Source: a virus
Lineage: Duplodnaviria > Heunggongvirae > Uroviricota > Caudoviricetes
Direction: 5' to 3' (one strand)
DNA length: 52,958 nt
Virus record (IMG/VR): IMGVR_UViG_3300041409_000458
The notes below the pieces were generated by a model that made no database searches, was not told the DNA's origin, and saw only the letters and a program-made list of their open reading frames with translations. Below are positions 43,301 through 51,196 of the stretch, piece by piece. Each line of letters starts with the position of its first letter. The stretch's first letter is position 1. A program made the position numbers and the translations under genes.

Positions 43301-45451
43301 ACTTATGAAGGTAACTTGATTATGGCTCCAACTGCAGAAGGAGGATTTGAAAATGGAGCTGATGCCATTCGTAAAGGAACTTTCATCCAGAAAACTATTG
43401 ACCTGTTAAATACATTCAGTGGAGTCTTCTCTACTACAAATCTGTTTGCACTACAGAAAAACAATCCTAAAGAAGTGTTAAATAAGGTTGCAAGAAGAAT
43501 ATATAAGAGAAATCCTTACCAACGTGAAGATGACTTCAATGCTGTAATGAAGGAATATGACGCAGCTATTGTCGACACGCTATTGAATAACTATGCAAAA
43601 ATTGGTAATGTTCCTATCGCTGCATTGAAGAATCAGTTATTCTTACCTTCAGAGGTGACCTCTAGAGGAACACTACATGCCAATAATCTATATGAAACTT
43701 TTGACTCTATCAGAACTGATGATAGATATAAAAGAGTTATGCTTAATAACTTCTTCATGGCAAATCTTGCTATAGAATTTGATGATAAATTAGGTGTTTA
43801 CACAATTGACCTAAGCAGAACTCTGGCAAGAGAAGATACACTATCAAGAAACCTAATCATTAATGGCTGGAGAGATATCATAGAAAGTTCTGATGAAAAG
43901 CTTTCCCAGTTTGGTAGAGCATTATTATATGGAACTATCATTCAATATGGTGTTAAGCCCCAAAGAAATAGCATGACTCCACTTATTCCTCTTGAGTATT
44001 ACTCTCAGGTTTCAGCACCTGTAATTGATAACATTCAACTTGCGGATTTCAGTAATTTTGATGAAGAAGTTGTAAGAGAGAATGCTTATAAGAAGAATTT
44101 TGTTCAGCAGTCTGAACCAATGGCAATGGACTATCTTGATGCTGGTGGTAATATTGTTACAATCTGGGGAAATAGAAATGCAGAACAGAGGAAACTGAAA
44201 AAGAGACCAACTCTTACTCAAAGAGTATTTGTAAGAAATATGGGAACTGGAGAACTGAGAAAATACTTTGGTGAAGAAGCTATTGTTCAAAAGTATGCTC
44301 AAGTATATGGAAAATCCTCTGATACTATTAATCATGAAGAATTCCGTAATCTTTTCAAAGAAGAAATAGCTGATGCAAATGCCAAGATGGTAAGTCGTCC
44401 AGTGTTCATGTGGCAGAAATATATGGATGAAACTGATGATAATGAAACAATCTTAGGAAATGCTCCAGAATTTGTAGCTGTGAAGATGCCAAGACCAGAA
44501 TATGTAGTCATGGTAGAATCAATTGGTGAAGATGGAACCCCAACTGTAAAGAGAGCTGTTAGCAGGAAAGTAAACGAAATGATTGATAAAAAAGATTTCT
44601 CTTGGGCATTTATTCAGGTGTATAAACTTGTTGGTCTGGATGGAACTAAGCCTTCAGTACTTCGTTTTAAAGAAGGAAAGGGTAAGAATAAAGGTCAAGT
44701 TTCCGTATCTTTGTTATACAAACCTATCAATTCTGCAGGTGATTTTGGTTTCAATGAGGTAGCAAATCTATCAGAAGATGATAACGGAAATGTGACAGGA
44801 ACACCATCAATCCTGAGAAGTAACATTGCAATTCAAGAACAAACTGATGAACAAATCGTTGAAACAGTTAAATTAAAGCCCGGAATGGCAGTTAAATTTG
44901 TGAACAGGACTATGGAAGAAGTAAGAACAGAACAAGAAACACCAATTACTCCAGAAGAAAGAGTTAAGAAAAATCTTAATGTTACTTTTGGTAAAGCTAC
45001 TCCGAAGAACTATGCATGGGCTAAAAGGTCTCCTAATTCATATGAGGTTTCCTCTAAAGGAGATAAAAGATTCTCTGCATTCTTTGCTATGATTAAGAAA
45101 GGAACTTTACTAGATTTACCAGACAAACCAGAATATGTTCTTGAGAGGGATTCATCTATAGAAGAAATCTACCAGATTGGAGTAAAAGGATATTCTTCTG
45201 TTAATGCTGGTAAAGGTAAAGCTCCATTAAGAGCTATGACTCAGGAAGAGTCTTGGATGAGATATAAAGGACTTTGGGAAGTATTTGCTGAGCAAAACCC
45301 AGCTCTGATAGATGAGTTAGCTGAAAAAACTAAAGGTAAAGTATTGACTGATATGTTTGCTAAAACAGATATTAATCAGGCTCATGCTCTATCTGACATA
45401 CTAAATGAGAGAAATCCTTCTGATGAAGAACAAATTACTCCTACATGTTAA
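31334..45451 (+). CDS. Giant virion RNA polymerase polyprotein (phi14:2 gp66/crAss-type two-barrel RNAP) with accessory domains
   Basis: 4705 aa; GIGFRIPTQ (41381-41407) followed by AGSDFDVDKL (catalytic DxDxD at 41510-41524); zincin-like segment near 36965; N-terminal hydrophobic GG-rich region; NADAR-like C-terminus. Confidence 0.9.
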   Translation: MPDPTLQGDIRTGFDSNSMFELKLDTFKTMSDVLNKPDNPYLPPTPQGSGALAPTLDLPQGMTYEDALQSNDPKIRDLGVKHLEQETASDPYYKLGLGEEIRTPYDKAQKYIDKKFGFDATVPDIEDYYYRNDYMQDGVIKRTGLNVLRFLGRTVVPAVMKLGEGFGYVGAMVTSIGSTNYWADVADNAMSKWLETQEQSFKDKIVPIYHAAGFDEKGFFSQMTNYAFWNEDVADGVAFMASAAIPAMALGKLGMLSKVARATAGIAEGEQAFNAFGKAFSTTSRIGKVASSVGLGSPAELAAWTFNTAMESAMEGSQVFKDGLAKMKELRDRGVGEYANMSDEDMRTVAGKLAANTVGSNFMILGLSNAWENTLFFKPFKASSPTLKLGTDWVAGGSKTGLSRGVFYGKKAAEGFLAEGLWEENAQLAVQRMNSLDDQGNPLVEGSGMGAFFKQLKKQTVGAFTGDDKEAAKNIGLGGLIGIVAGGGFSKLSGERKELLAQYDRIVDESKILKNNLFSVNDVYERDADNNIKIVDGTPVISPAKLQSKKDGLEKIFGKVQLSTLEEFQNSAAVDAVTKAALSQYISSMHKLGIEDVSARFSQLTSEQAAIFGINQAVPTDKAGEYGIFAKKAEDTVVRTEKEELPNSGLSAKDYDTKSKAAKSDLYTARIQNIIFSDYIDKENSKMLSTLNNIRTLSNASLSAFPAEQINFLKYQLYYTQKAISDPSFTKGLSELEQKYHLDKEKELIKKIEDYKTENASMLEETRVDASGYYIAQHKDANGNLVDSLSDAAVQNSNQRRANYTNIIEQGQWRESNLLSKDWLKFYEGLKEIPIIKEIKAQIKAEESNFKSSIFSKHTETTPGDFRRVVRLVGSIISGKTEFSPEETQLRQNYGPLVEELIPLYEKSLTQETKNIFTSKLNAVTKTRDALLSAIFEKKYKIGDLSVSTQTLTDTLLNRLKDNKVGVQEIQTLIYSTQKAIDDLDESLKADEKELANLDRKIAALEEEAQAGDFQGIRNVTTELKKEKDWITNEIADKKSLLDRLIKIIKEVTNLAYKQFADFKGNFFVSRKNFNEHLEKGSFGAVEGFREIAVKESEKRALEKELEDLQKIFKYTEGKITYYQDIINATEQAVLNGFDEQLKFLTNKPQVIQSSTEEQQTTDSFIPEFGAPPVSNMSTNVADDWDGPDYLRPLATKFITSTFSDRRVYDAAGTIIGSDYESLSQPEKDHFHLMEYLSSGKNTAEINQKLGRGKLKVLAVTEHNIDSLGLRDLLYTKIEKNDQVKFWEETDPAIKRIDFLHVIQDKGKLYFVDKELNKLGEISEIKDADKPKIARSILRSSRFSSKEESQYDEQQANNKTWEQDKAKALEYGTNQRKKFIDNSKNFTLATPTGVFSFDITRGIPVRTESVTENKVHNPVTDVLLSEAQINAQTVVVTTTGKYTLNETNITLPVGRAYIKTGGLFEKLHYADNNILDENTVNTILTVFDKLSAIYVQKVEEVMKKQLGDKKLSDLSYSDRMKVILAFNKSTKGSFNKSYMRYLNSVIHFGLLSKNEKVHPNKIYLKGSFIHFGDTRIDISTGGFSTNPEAKQYLSKLYHNVLYYANAKKASEEYIEYYLDNGELKDRKWKTYNHYLLSKNFPNGSVRTYIPITTQIHTPEQAAQEANNPPGTYTSQSIILGVPYGETIKKKNIIEQEDEPTEQTLNDNGEYDFGELTSVSDLLSGKKPKVSTPKPTSDLMSKLRERSGVSKAAATKAAAEEKASGKVTSPMLRKLLEAREKKEAEEKAGETTNRTEPLEDEDLKWNDDTSAFRVAKAGFFKTEEDLESVIAYAQRVLPQFPVERLKKIIQKSENLQVWGEFTGQAIRLWEGAEEGTLYHEIFEGVVNKILTDYEWNSIAKEFKSRKGTFTDRETGETVAYSKATPHQIKEEIAEEFRTFKMTGKVFDGQKNTRTFFQVILDFIKKFFGFQNTIKGIFDSIDEGKFINRGVRGTNRFDTNYRTKEYPIPYRKYNEFLQGFTAVMFRDIFETTDSIVKLDEVGEVDSTLYDRIRDKIDDMYITMLEEFDAGAFPTNTPNQELNEINRKKEKALEDIVNNWDKIKNKWADFVQNHKFELRKFRIKFDEEYQLASDDENMSNRNEYSGNPFEVSNKNSASLSVRFMIGTLLKAVVKKGRDGKFTTGLDRIFPNLVLDNSSSRLPQLENYDRMMSMVASEFANLNDMTLIEQKLKQLSGISRLENASAVDEQQEIAQSITSDEAAFTILYTRLFSPNRVISQGAMWNLRTKFLSYTSKQFPVPYILMMNDNSGVSLIQSTNRISNEKFYKRLRAAMTKNVGIFFTKKVEKGIKTYVPKKQTVELGANFFIAPEKTKEKIYFGQFLQFLGLYNQKDGKGVLTPQFLIALKESDIDKYRELVRVLHNIGGRLQTVEAFAGTITVANLDIFGYTNEILAILDEIAASQSEKLLTHLDGNNNATQDYISPSFTSRVLAEMSNVNNLGELLEAFPHLHQHVRLQDGIYITDSIMINKMFNPDGSRKSKILSSLSYIEGIKSAEEGGKETFKKTARLEYHQRIGLQFTLGLSGMYNALTADSETEWAFNMGEFVPFENYIESNEQGKNNLGEVVSDFYIPKLEAEIRLALEFNSTHQQMNTIHPETGYKIGKSLRFFKDILQYTDKGQTSRELVDKIHEDIQNGKQPSVIISENRTAIRNAIKNYIQFSTLDTFNNLIENRVINETETSEGGIVYSINDLTTILEKKFGNSHSLTGIRDVVMYAVVNTQLANFEQFKLIYGDVAQYKDWEKRAKSLFGPIEQAYYDRTGEFNTWLNENKNNAEFEDEVVAIPNTDIFSTSFRNSITGSTIDDIMTVNPELLNTLREMGAKFDAYEDVNEADGQSISTLQAFRQVMIKAGWRWTQKFEDFFQYDTALARQELAEIGAYTYSSEELRALDEKIVDKYKDNPPTEGPSPLKTLIPSVRPDGTQDLMKHSVYPNSWQIAREHHELKRLYVTMLNERTDIRNFKSAHKVGADLDNEGRVSSHYKRIGSSVSPFELTDLQTVGNVQYELSFRTLGIQVETQGGGKTRLGSQLTKDINLNLMPNGVPSDFRKDNNSLTEEQLINSWLALPQEDKNKSKDYKLVQNTIKTLENLKDKSVMDTFDTIGIGYTYENGEFKYSSVDLVKLQQHIMNELTRLDIDDNIIDGLELNEDLDAFLHPSESLPSYNVVSNVIWALADKSISALKVNGVPYIQVSSAFFNDSQRGAAYRDGDRWIRVDNQEDFNRLQAEGKKLVLTASDLEFYTLEKDGKEIQGMEIKLPHIYRKKVNDKRRVLGLPIVSDEKLMEWLNQPENSKLLQGIGFRIPTQASSSIEFFTIKGFLPESFGKAVVVPSDITAKAGSDFDVDKLQTYLNNWKLNSEGMPVFEQLDASEDTSDRFITYVNQHVERNDRDIFKAMRESKEFIEKKGRIDDVYSKIADESEDIDEAKKEVKDEYTAGYYIFKELPLSIKQQYWEKEDELTNENFVTKLASYYNYTTEFIKTFEENKAVTLNVERIDKKTKKKYIEQEVVTAEEVVPRFNQMLDNYRSVIKLIKLKDEAFEKLTAAIARARSVKNMENRAFQLEMSNVIAEGLSLLNHEGFSKLPVHLQNSRGAVENEYFDSIRQILKQSERFLQLLSPNDMSNIKENRDTVQTAMDPEYKSDEKKELKYSNFLDINYLSDKRHSFIRGKYDIAIFAVSMTNYANSQITGLGITQGQVRPEDEAIMQAVGYDISLPFEEAPLLNINGWDFIPLGYEKSADGRYIMDKISGYINGAVDVAKDPVIIEMGMHSDMANVYMLLERAGIKGKNIALFLMQPSIRDYLRENIYRKNPEFGYSKFLWKKEINEYILGKYSTGPDMKYEKVEFTENVLADMVRKGEKIKREQKESDTRARNGKPRTKVSEWTDSEKKLQWLAFVNFLKMEAMANNLNDVRTSSNHDTSGIRSSHSLTRKDLIRNRTYEGNLIMAPTAEGGFENGADAIRKGTFIQKTIDLLNTFSGVFSTTNLFALQKNNPKEVLNKVARRIYKRNPYQREDDFNAVMKEYDAAIVDTLLNNYAKIGNVPIAALKNQLFLPSEVTSRGTLHANNLYETFDSIRTDDRYKRVMLNNFFMANLAIEFDDKLGVYTIDLSRTLAREDTLSRNLIINGWRDIIESSDEKLSQFGRALLYGTIIQYGVKPQRNSMTPLIPLEYYSQVSAPVIDNIQLADFSNFDEEVVRENAYKKNFVQQSEPMAMDYLDAGGNIVTIWGNRNAEQRKLKKRPTLTQRVFVRNMGTGELRKYFGEEAIVQKYAQVYGKSSDTINHEEFRNLFKEEIADANAKMVSRPVFMWQKYMDETDDNETILGNAPEFVAVKMPRPEYVVMVESIGEDGTPTVKRAVSRKVNEMIDKKDFSWAFIQVYKLVGLDGTKPSVLRFKEGKGKNKGQVSVSLLYKPINSAGDFGFNEVANLSEDDNGNVTGTPSILRSNIAIQEQTDEQIVETVKLKPGMAVKFVNRTMEEVRTEQETPITPEERVKKNLNVTFGKATPKNYAWAKRSPNSYEVSSKGDKRFSAFFAMIKKGTLLDLPDKPEYVLERDSSIEEIYQIGVKGYSSVNAGKGKAPLRAMTQEESWMRYKGLWEVFAEQNPALIDELAEKTKGKVLTDMFAKTDINQAHALSDILNERNPSDEEQITPTC

Positions 45452-45487
45452 TTTTAAATAACTGATTTTTAATACTATATTTGTATA

Positions 45488-48400
45488 ATGAAGAGTGAAT
45501 GTCCAATAAATTTTGATACTGTAAAGAAGGGTATAATAGTAAAAGCTCAAGAGCTTATTGTTAAAGGTGTGTCTCCAGATGAAATAAATCAGAGATTTGG
45601 TGAAGATTTTGTTAAAGCTCCAGATACTAAATTAAGCTCTATAGAGAACGAAGCTATTGCAGCAATCAAGGAGCGTGAGTATGAAGGAATTATGCTTGCA
45701 TGGACCAATGTTATTAAAAGTGACGATTCATCAGATATAGAAAAGAGGGAAGCACTCAAAGAGTTAGCTGACCAATTGGCTGACAAAAATTCAGAAGAAG
45801 CTACAAGTGTTGCGCTTGGAGCAAAAGTAGCAGATACTATCTATGCCTTAGTTGATAATCCTCAAGAGGTCTCAAATGAAATCGAACCATCAGATGAACT
45901 TGTAAATAAGTACTTAAATAATCTTTTAGCTGAAAAACCATTAAGTACAGAGATTAGAGATATTCCTGATAATCAGGACTCAATCTTCACATCTCAACCC
46001 GGAAAAACTCAAGTTACAGAAGCTGGAACTCTTACAAGAGAAAAGATATTGACTTTCCTAAAGAACATTGGATTTACCAATATACAAACCGTAAAACAAC
46101 TGGTTCACAATGGAGCACCTATTGAAGGTGACGCTTATATAGATTTTCTTAATAAAGTAATGCAGGTTGTAGAAGGTAAAGAGGACGTTACCCTTCCTGA
46201 AGAAGCAATGCACATACTTGTCGAGTTAATTGAGAACTCAGATAAGAATCTTTTCCGTAAAATGGAGAAGGAAGTAATTGATTATCAGTTATATTTAGAT
46301 GTGCTGAGAGACCCAGCTTATTCAAAAAATCCATTATATCAGAATTCTGATGGTTCAGTGAACTATCCCAAGATTAAAAAAGAAACCATAGCCAAGTTAT
46401 TGGCTGAATTCCTTGTGGGCAATACTGAACAAGATATTGAGAATCAGGCTAAAGTACAGAGAGTTAACTCTTGGTGGGTTGCTGTTAAGGACTGGATTAG
46501 GTCCAAGTTTGGTAAGTTCAAGAATCCTTTCCAAAAGGCACTCGCTCGCCTAGAGCAGGATAATTTAGCATTCGGTGAATATGACGATATATATTCAGAC
46601 CAAGTTTTCCTAGCAGCTAATAAACCTCAACTCTCTCTAGAGGAAAGAGATGACAAGTACAATAATACAAAGGAAACTTATGAACGTATTAGAGATAAGC
46701 CAACAAATCTTGGAATTACCAAGATTGATGACCAATACTATAAGGATGGAGTAAAATGGGAGGGGGAAAGAGTATCTGACCTTGTGGACAAATACTACAA
46801 GCAGATATTCAAGAATAGACCTTTGGATGAATCTAAGCGTGAATACTATGATAAACAAGCTGCCTCTGGTACTTACATTCACTCTCTATTTGAGGATGCT
46901 ATGAACGTCCTTATTGATGGAGAAACTGGGTTAATCAGAGATGTAATGGGAACCAGAAATTCTTCCCTTGTTACAAATAAAACAGAACAAGCAATATCAA
47001 ACAAGATATTCAATTACATGCAAAACTTCCTTAAAGGGTTCCCGGAAGGTACTCGTTTTCTGTCTGAAACCATTGTCTTTGATAAAGAGAATAACAGATT
47101 AGGAACAATTGACTTTTTAGCTATTGAGCCTTCCGATGAAAATAAAGAAGGTGTTGTATCAATTTTTGACTGGAAGAGTATGTTAATGAGAACTTTGGAA
47201 GGAGCTGCTGATTACAAAAAGAAAGGTGTTGATATTCAATTAAATGCATACAAGGAAATTCTAAGAGATAATTATGGTGTAGAAAAGTTTGATAAAATAC
47301 GTGCTGTTCCGGTTGGCAGGGTACAAAAGGATGATAAGGCTGGTGGATTCACACTGGTTGATATTGAATTGGGTTCTTTAAAGCTTGAAAAAATATCAGA
47401 GAGATATCTTCGTCCAATAATCTCAGATAGTGAATCAACAGGAAATGAAGAGAAGGACAATTTAATAATGTCCCTATCTGGAATTTACGATAAATTTGTT
47501 AACCTCTTGAGGCAGAATGACACAACTAATCGTGCAGTTCTAACTGAGATTAATGATGCTATATATGAGCTGAGAGTTTCTTCTTCTATTAAGAATCTAA
47601 CAATCTATTTGCAGGATTTACAAGGTAGAATGGATGACATTCTAGCTCTTGCTAAGAAAGAAACAATATTTGATATACCTACTTTAACAAGTTATCTAAG
47701 TGATATTTCCCTATATGAAACAATATATGGAGCTCTTGAAGATGCCTCTTTACTTGTAGAGGATACTTCTATTTCAGAGAAGGAAAGAATTGCGTTATCA
47801 AATGTTTTAAGTAGAATTGACAGAAGAATGAGTAACCTTGAGAAAATAAGGGAAGAATTCCTTGAAAAACTCGCTGAACAGGAGGGAATTTATAATCTTC
47901 TTAAACCCGAAATGGTCATTGGAAACATATCTAAATTATTTAGAACATTAGGTAATCAGGACCTTGCAACCAGCAGGTTGATGTTCGAGTTAACAAAGAG
48001 AGCTTATAATCAGACTGAAATAGAGTATGAAAAAGACCTTACAGAACTGGAAAATATTAAGTTCAAATTTAGTGAATTCATAAAATCGAAAGGGTTATCC
48101 AAAGAGGAAGCTATTGGAAAGTTAGTTAACTACAAGAATGGTACTCTTCACTCTAAGATATCCAAAGAATTCTATGAGACCAGACAGAAGATATACGATT
48201 CCAGAGATAAGAAAGCTATCCTTCAGTTCGTAAGGGATAATTATGACATAGAGGCTTATGAGGAATGGTATAAGAAAACATTAGCTGAACAGGAAGCCTT
48301 CTGGAAAACTCAGACTTATTCTGCAGACAAGGCAGAAGATTCTCAAATCAAGAAAAGAAAGAAATATATATTTGCAGAAAATTATAATATCACAAAGCAT

Positions 48401-50716
48401 CCTTTAACTGCTTTTGGTAAACATAACCCTTTTGTCTGGAGTAGAGGTATTAAAGAAACAGCTTGGTTAAGTGAATCCTACAAGGAACTTCAAAAGTCAG
48501 AGAATACTCCTTTAATGGAGATGTATGATTTCTTTGTATCAAAGAATAGAGAGCTTGTTAACGCCGGAGCTATTAGAGAGTGGGAACAATATACATTTAT
48601 TCCTAATGTAAGAAAAGGTTTCGCAGATGTATTGACTTTTGATGATACAAATTGGTTAACAAAAATCAAAGATATAGGATTAAATTCCTATAACAATTGG
48701 AAGAAATCTCTAATGGTTCAGGATTATGAGTTGAATTATGAAGGTAAGAGGGATGAAATTACAGGTGAAAAGATTGGTAAGAGATATATTCCATATGTTG
48801 GTTATGTAAAACCTGAAGAAAAATCATACGATATTTTTACTATATACGGTCTAATGACCAAGCAGATTGCTAAGGAAAATCAGTTATCTAAGAATGATGA
48901 GATATTAAGAGGTCTTTTAGCAGTTGAAGCTAACAAGCAATCATTCCAAAGTAACAAATTTGGAGTTATATCTAAAAGAGGGGATAAATTGCAACTCTCT
49001 AAAGAGAAGGGTCAAAATCTTGACCTTCTTAAAAAATACTATAAAGCAATTGTTGAGGGTGAATTATTACAGGTTGATGCAGATAATACCATTTCTTTCG
49101 GTCTTAGAGAAAAATGGAATAATTCTGTAGCAGGAAAACTGTGGAAATTTGATATTGACCCTGAAACTTACTCACCTACAAAAATATCTGCATCTAAAAC
49201 TCTAATGTGGTTGAACAATCTTAACCAGAAAAGGATACTTGGATTGAATATATCATCTGGTTTATCAAACTTATTTGGTTCCTCTTTTGCAGCTAGTAAA
49301 ATATACAAGAAATATTTTAGTGAAAATGATTTACGTTTGGCTCACACAAAAATGGTATCTGGAGCATTCTATGCTACAGAAGACATGAAAAAAAGAGCTG
49401 CACTTGTGGACTACTTTCTTCCACTTCTAGATAACAGAGCTCATTTCAAATCTACCCAGTTATCAGTAAGTACAGCATCTACTATTCTTTCTCAAGAGTG
49501 GTTAATGGCACCACAAAGAAAAACTGATGAAATTGTTCAACTTAACATTTTCTTAGCATATCTGGAAAACACAGGAATTATCGACGGTAAATTAGTTAAC
49601 CTTAGAGAAATGGCTGCAAATGAAACTGGATATAAAGGTCGTTTTGCAGATGGTGATAATGTTACTACTCTAGCTCAACAAAAAGAAATAACAAAAAAGT
49701 TCGAAGACCGTCTTAAAGAACTGAAAGATAATTATTTATTAACAAATAAAGTAATATTTAAAGAAGTAGAGAGGAATGGTAAGAAAGAAACAATCGTAGA
49801 GATTCCGGGTATTGATAGAAATTCTAAAGATGTTGAACAATTGCGTACCACAATTCACACCATTTCCAAGGATGCCACTGGTAACATGGACGACTTTGAT
49901 ATAGCTCCTTATCGCTATAACATCTATTGGAGGTTATTCATGACCTTTAAGAATTGGATTCCTCGTCAGGTAGACGTTCGTTTTGGTGAATTTCACAAAT
50001 CCCAAGCTCACAACGCTTATGAATATGGACGTTTCAGAATGTTCTATAGAGCCATGGGAGCTAACTGGTTAGCTTCTGCAGCCAAGTTAATACCAGTTCC
50101 AATCCTTATAGGAGCTTCTACTAAGAATTTAGCCAGAACAGATTACATTAAGAAAGCAATAGAAGTTTATAAAGAGAAGAAAAAGCAGTTTCAGGACCTT
50201 GGTTTGTACAATGAGAAGGATTTTATCACTCAAGAGGAGTTCATAGACATGTATATGCAAGGTATAAATTCTGCCTTTGTAGAATTCAGAACCATGACAT
50301 TCATGATGTTATTACTTACTTTTGGTATAATGAAAGGTGATGACGATGATGATGATGAACAAAAAAATATCAAAAAGCTTGTTAGAAGACAAATTGACAA
50401 GATGACAGATGAAATCTCATTCTTCTATTCTCCTAAATCATTGGCAGATGTTGCTGGTCAAGGCCCTCCAATTCTAGGATTGTTTAAAGATAGCTATAAT
50501 ATGTTCTCAAATATTAGTAAACAGTGGTTTGGGGTAGCCTTAGAAGCTGCAGGTGCAGAAGAAATAGGAGAAGAATGGCAGAAAAAAGCCAAACCAATGA
50601 AATATACTTTCAAAGTTTTACCCGTATTAAAAGAAATTTTAACATATATCCCAACATTTGACAGTGAAATGGCTAAAGATTGGGGAATTACATTAACCAA
50701 TAAATCAGGACAATAA
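45488..50716 (+). CDS. Large ejected cargo protein with PD-(D/E)XK nuclease-like domain
   Basis: 1742 aa; SGTYIHSLFE...LSETIVF...GTIDFL...IFDWKS...IQLNAYKEIL (about 46860-47260); long helical C-terminal region. Confidence 0.78.
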   Translation: MKSECPINFDTVKKGIIVKAQELIVKGVSPDEINQRFGEDFVKAPDTKLSSIENEAIAAIKEREYEGIMLAWTNVIKSDDSSDIEKREALKELADQLADKNSEEATSVALGAKVADTIYALVDNPQEVSNEIEPSDELVNKYLNNLLAEKPLSTEIRDIPDNQDSIFTSQPGKTQVTEAGTLTREKILTFLKNIGFTNIQTVKQLVHNGAPIEGDAYIDFLNKVMQVVEGKEDVTLPEEAMHILVELIENSDKNLFRKMEKEVIDYQLYLDVLRDPAYSKNPLYQNSDGSVNYPKIKKETIAKLLAEFLVGNTEQDIENQAKVQRVNSWWVAVKDWIRSKFGKFKNPFQKALARLEQDNLAFGEYDDIYSDQVFLAANKPQLSLEERDDKYNNTKETYERIRDKPTNLGITKIDDQYYKDGVKWEGERVSDLVDKYYKQIFKNRPLDESKREYYDKQAASGTYIHSLFEDAMNVLIDGETGLIRDVMGTRNSSLVTNKTEQAISNKIFNYMQNFLKGFPEGTRFLSETIVFDKENNRLGTIDFLAIEPSDENKEGVVSIFDWKSMLMRTLEGAADYKKKGVDIQLNAYKEILRDNYGVEKFDKIRAVPVGRVQKDDKAGGFTLVDIELGSLKLEKISERYLRPIISDSESTGNEEKDNLIMSLSGIYDKFVNLLRQNDTTNRAVLTEINDAIYELRVSSSIKNLTIYLQDLQGRMDDILALAKKETIFDIPTLTSYLSDISLYETIYGALEDASLLVEDTSISEKERIALSNVLSRIDRRMSNLEKIREEFLEKLAEQEGIYNLLKPEMVIGNISKLFRTLGNQDLATSRLMFELTKRAYNQTEIEYEKDLTELENIKFKFSEFIKSKGLSKEEAIGKLVNYKNGTLHSKISKEFYETRQKIYDSRDKKAILQFVRDNYDIEAYEEWYKKTLAEQEAFWKTQTYSADKAEDSQIKKRKKYIFAENYNITKHPLTAFGKHNPFVWSRGIKETAWLSESYKELQKSENTPLMEMYDFFVSKNRELVNAGAIREWEQYTFIPNVRKGFADVLTFDDTNWLTKIKDIGLNSYNNWKKSLMVQDYELNYEGKRDEITGEKIGKRYIPYVGYVKPEEKSYDIFTIYGLMTKQIAKENQLSKNDEILRGLLAVEANKQSFQSNKFGVISKRGDKLQLSKEKGQNLDLLKKYYKAIVEGELLQVDADNTISFGLREKWNNSVAGKLWKFDIDPETYSPTKISASKTLMWLNNLNQKRILGLNISSGLSNLFGSSFAASKIYKKYFSENDLRLAHTKMVSGAFYATEDMKKRAALVDYFLPLLDNRAHFKSTQLSVSTASTILSQEWLMAPQRKTDEIVQLNIFLAYLENTGIIDGKLVNLREMAANETGYKGRFADGDNVTTLAQQKEITKKFEDRLKELKDNYLLTNKVIFKEVERNGKKETIVEIPGIDRNSKDVEQLRTTIHTISKDATGNMDDFDIAPYRYNIYWRLFMTFKNWIPRQVDVRFGEFHKSQAHNAYEYGRFRMFYRAMGANWLASAAKLIPVPILIGASTKNLARTDYIKKAIEVYKEKKKQFQDLGLYNEKDFITQEEFIDMYMQGINSAFVEFRTMTFMMLLLTFGIMKGDDDDDDEQKNIKKLVRRQIDKMTDEISFFYSPKSLADVAGQGPPILGLFKDSYNMFSNISKQWFGVALEAAGAEEIGEEWQKKAKPMKYTFKVLPVLKEILTYIPTFDSEMAKDWGITLTNKSGQ

Positions 50717-51194
50717 TGCCAAATAGGTACCTACATAATGAATCATTCTTTGATACTATAGATAGTGCTGAGAAGGCTTATGTTCTAGGACTGTTTTATG
50801 CAGATGGTAATAATTTTGCAGGAACGAGATATAGAGTATCCATAACACTCAAAAAGGATGATTCATATTTGCTGGAAGAGGTAAATAGGTTACTAGGCTC
50901 ACACACTTCATCAGAGGATATTTTGATGGTGATGGCTGCGTTCACCAGAAGAAAGGTCGTAATGACTTATATGTAAATCTTCTCGGCACATCAGATTTTC
51001 TCACTCCTCTTTCAAACTATCTTGAAACAAAAGGTATTTCTGTCAGAATAACCAAAGGACCATCAAAAATTTACCGTCTAGATATTTATCGTAAAACATC
51101 TGTAGAGAATTTTAGTAATCTTGTATATAAAGATTCTACAATATCTATGTGTAGAAAATATGAAAAGTTTCATAACTTATTAAAAATCAATTAA
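50716..51194 (+). pseudogene. Frameshifted, internally deleted LAGLIDADG endonuclease
   Basis: First motif YVLGLFYADG in the 50716 frame; HFIRGYFDGDGC...RKYEKF in a different frame from 50904 to TAA at 51192-51194; linker present in the 27956 paralog is missing. Confidence 0.82.
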
Positions 51195-51196
51195 TT

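Noticed and set aside
300-50700. Numerous short minus-strand and alternate-frame ORFs inside large genes
   Set aside because: Shadow ORFs of plus-strand coding sequence with no motifs or promoters.
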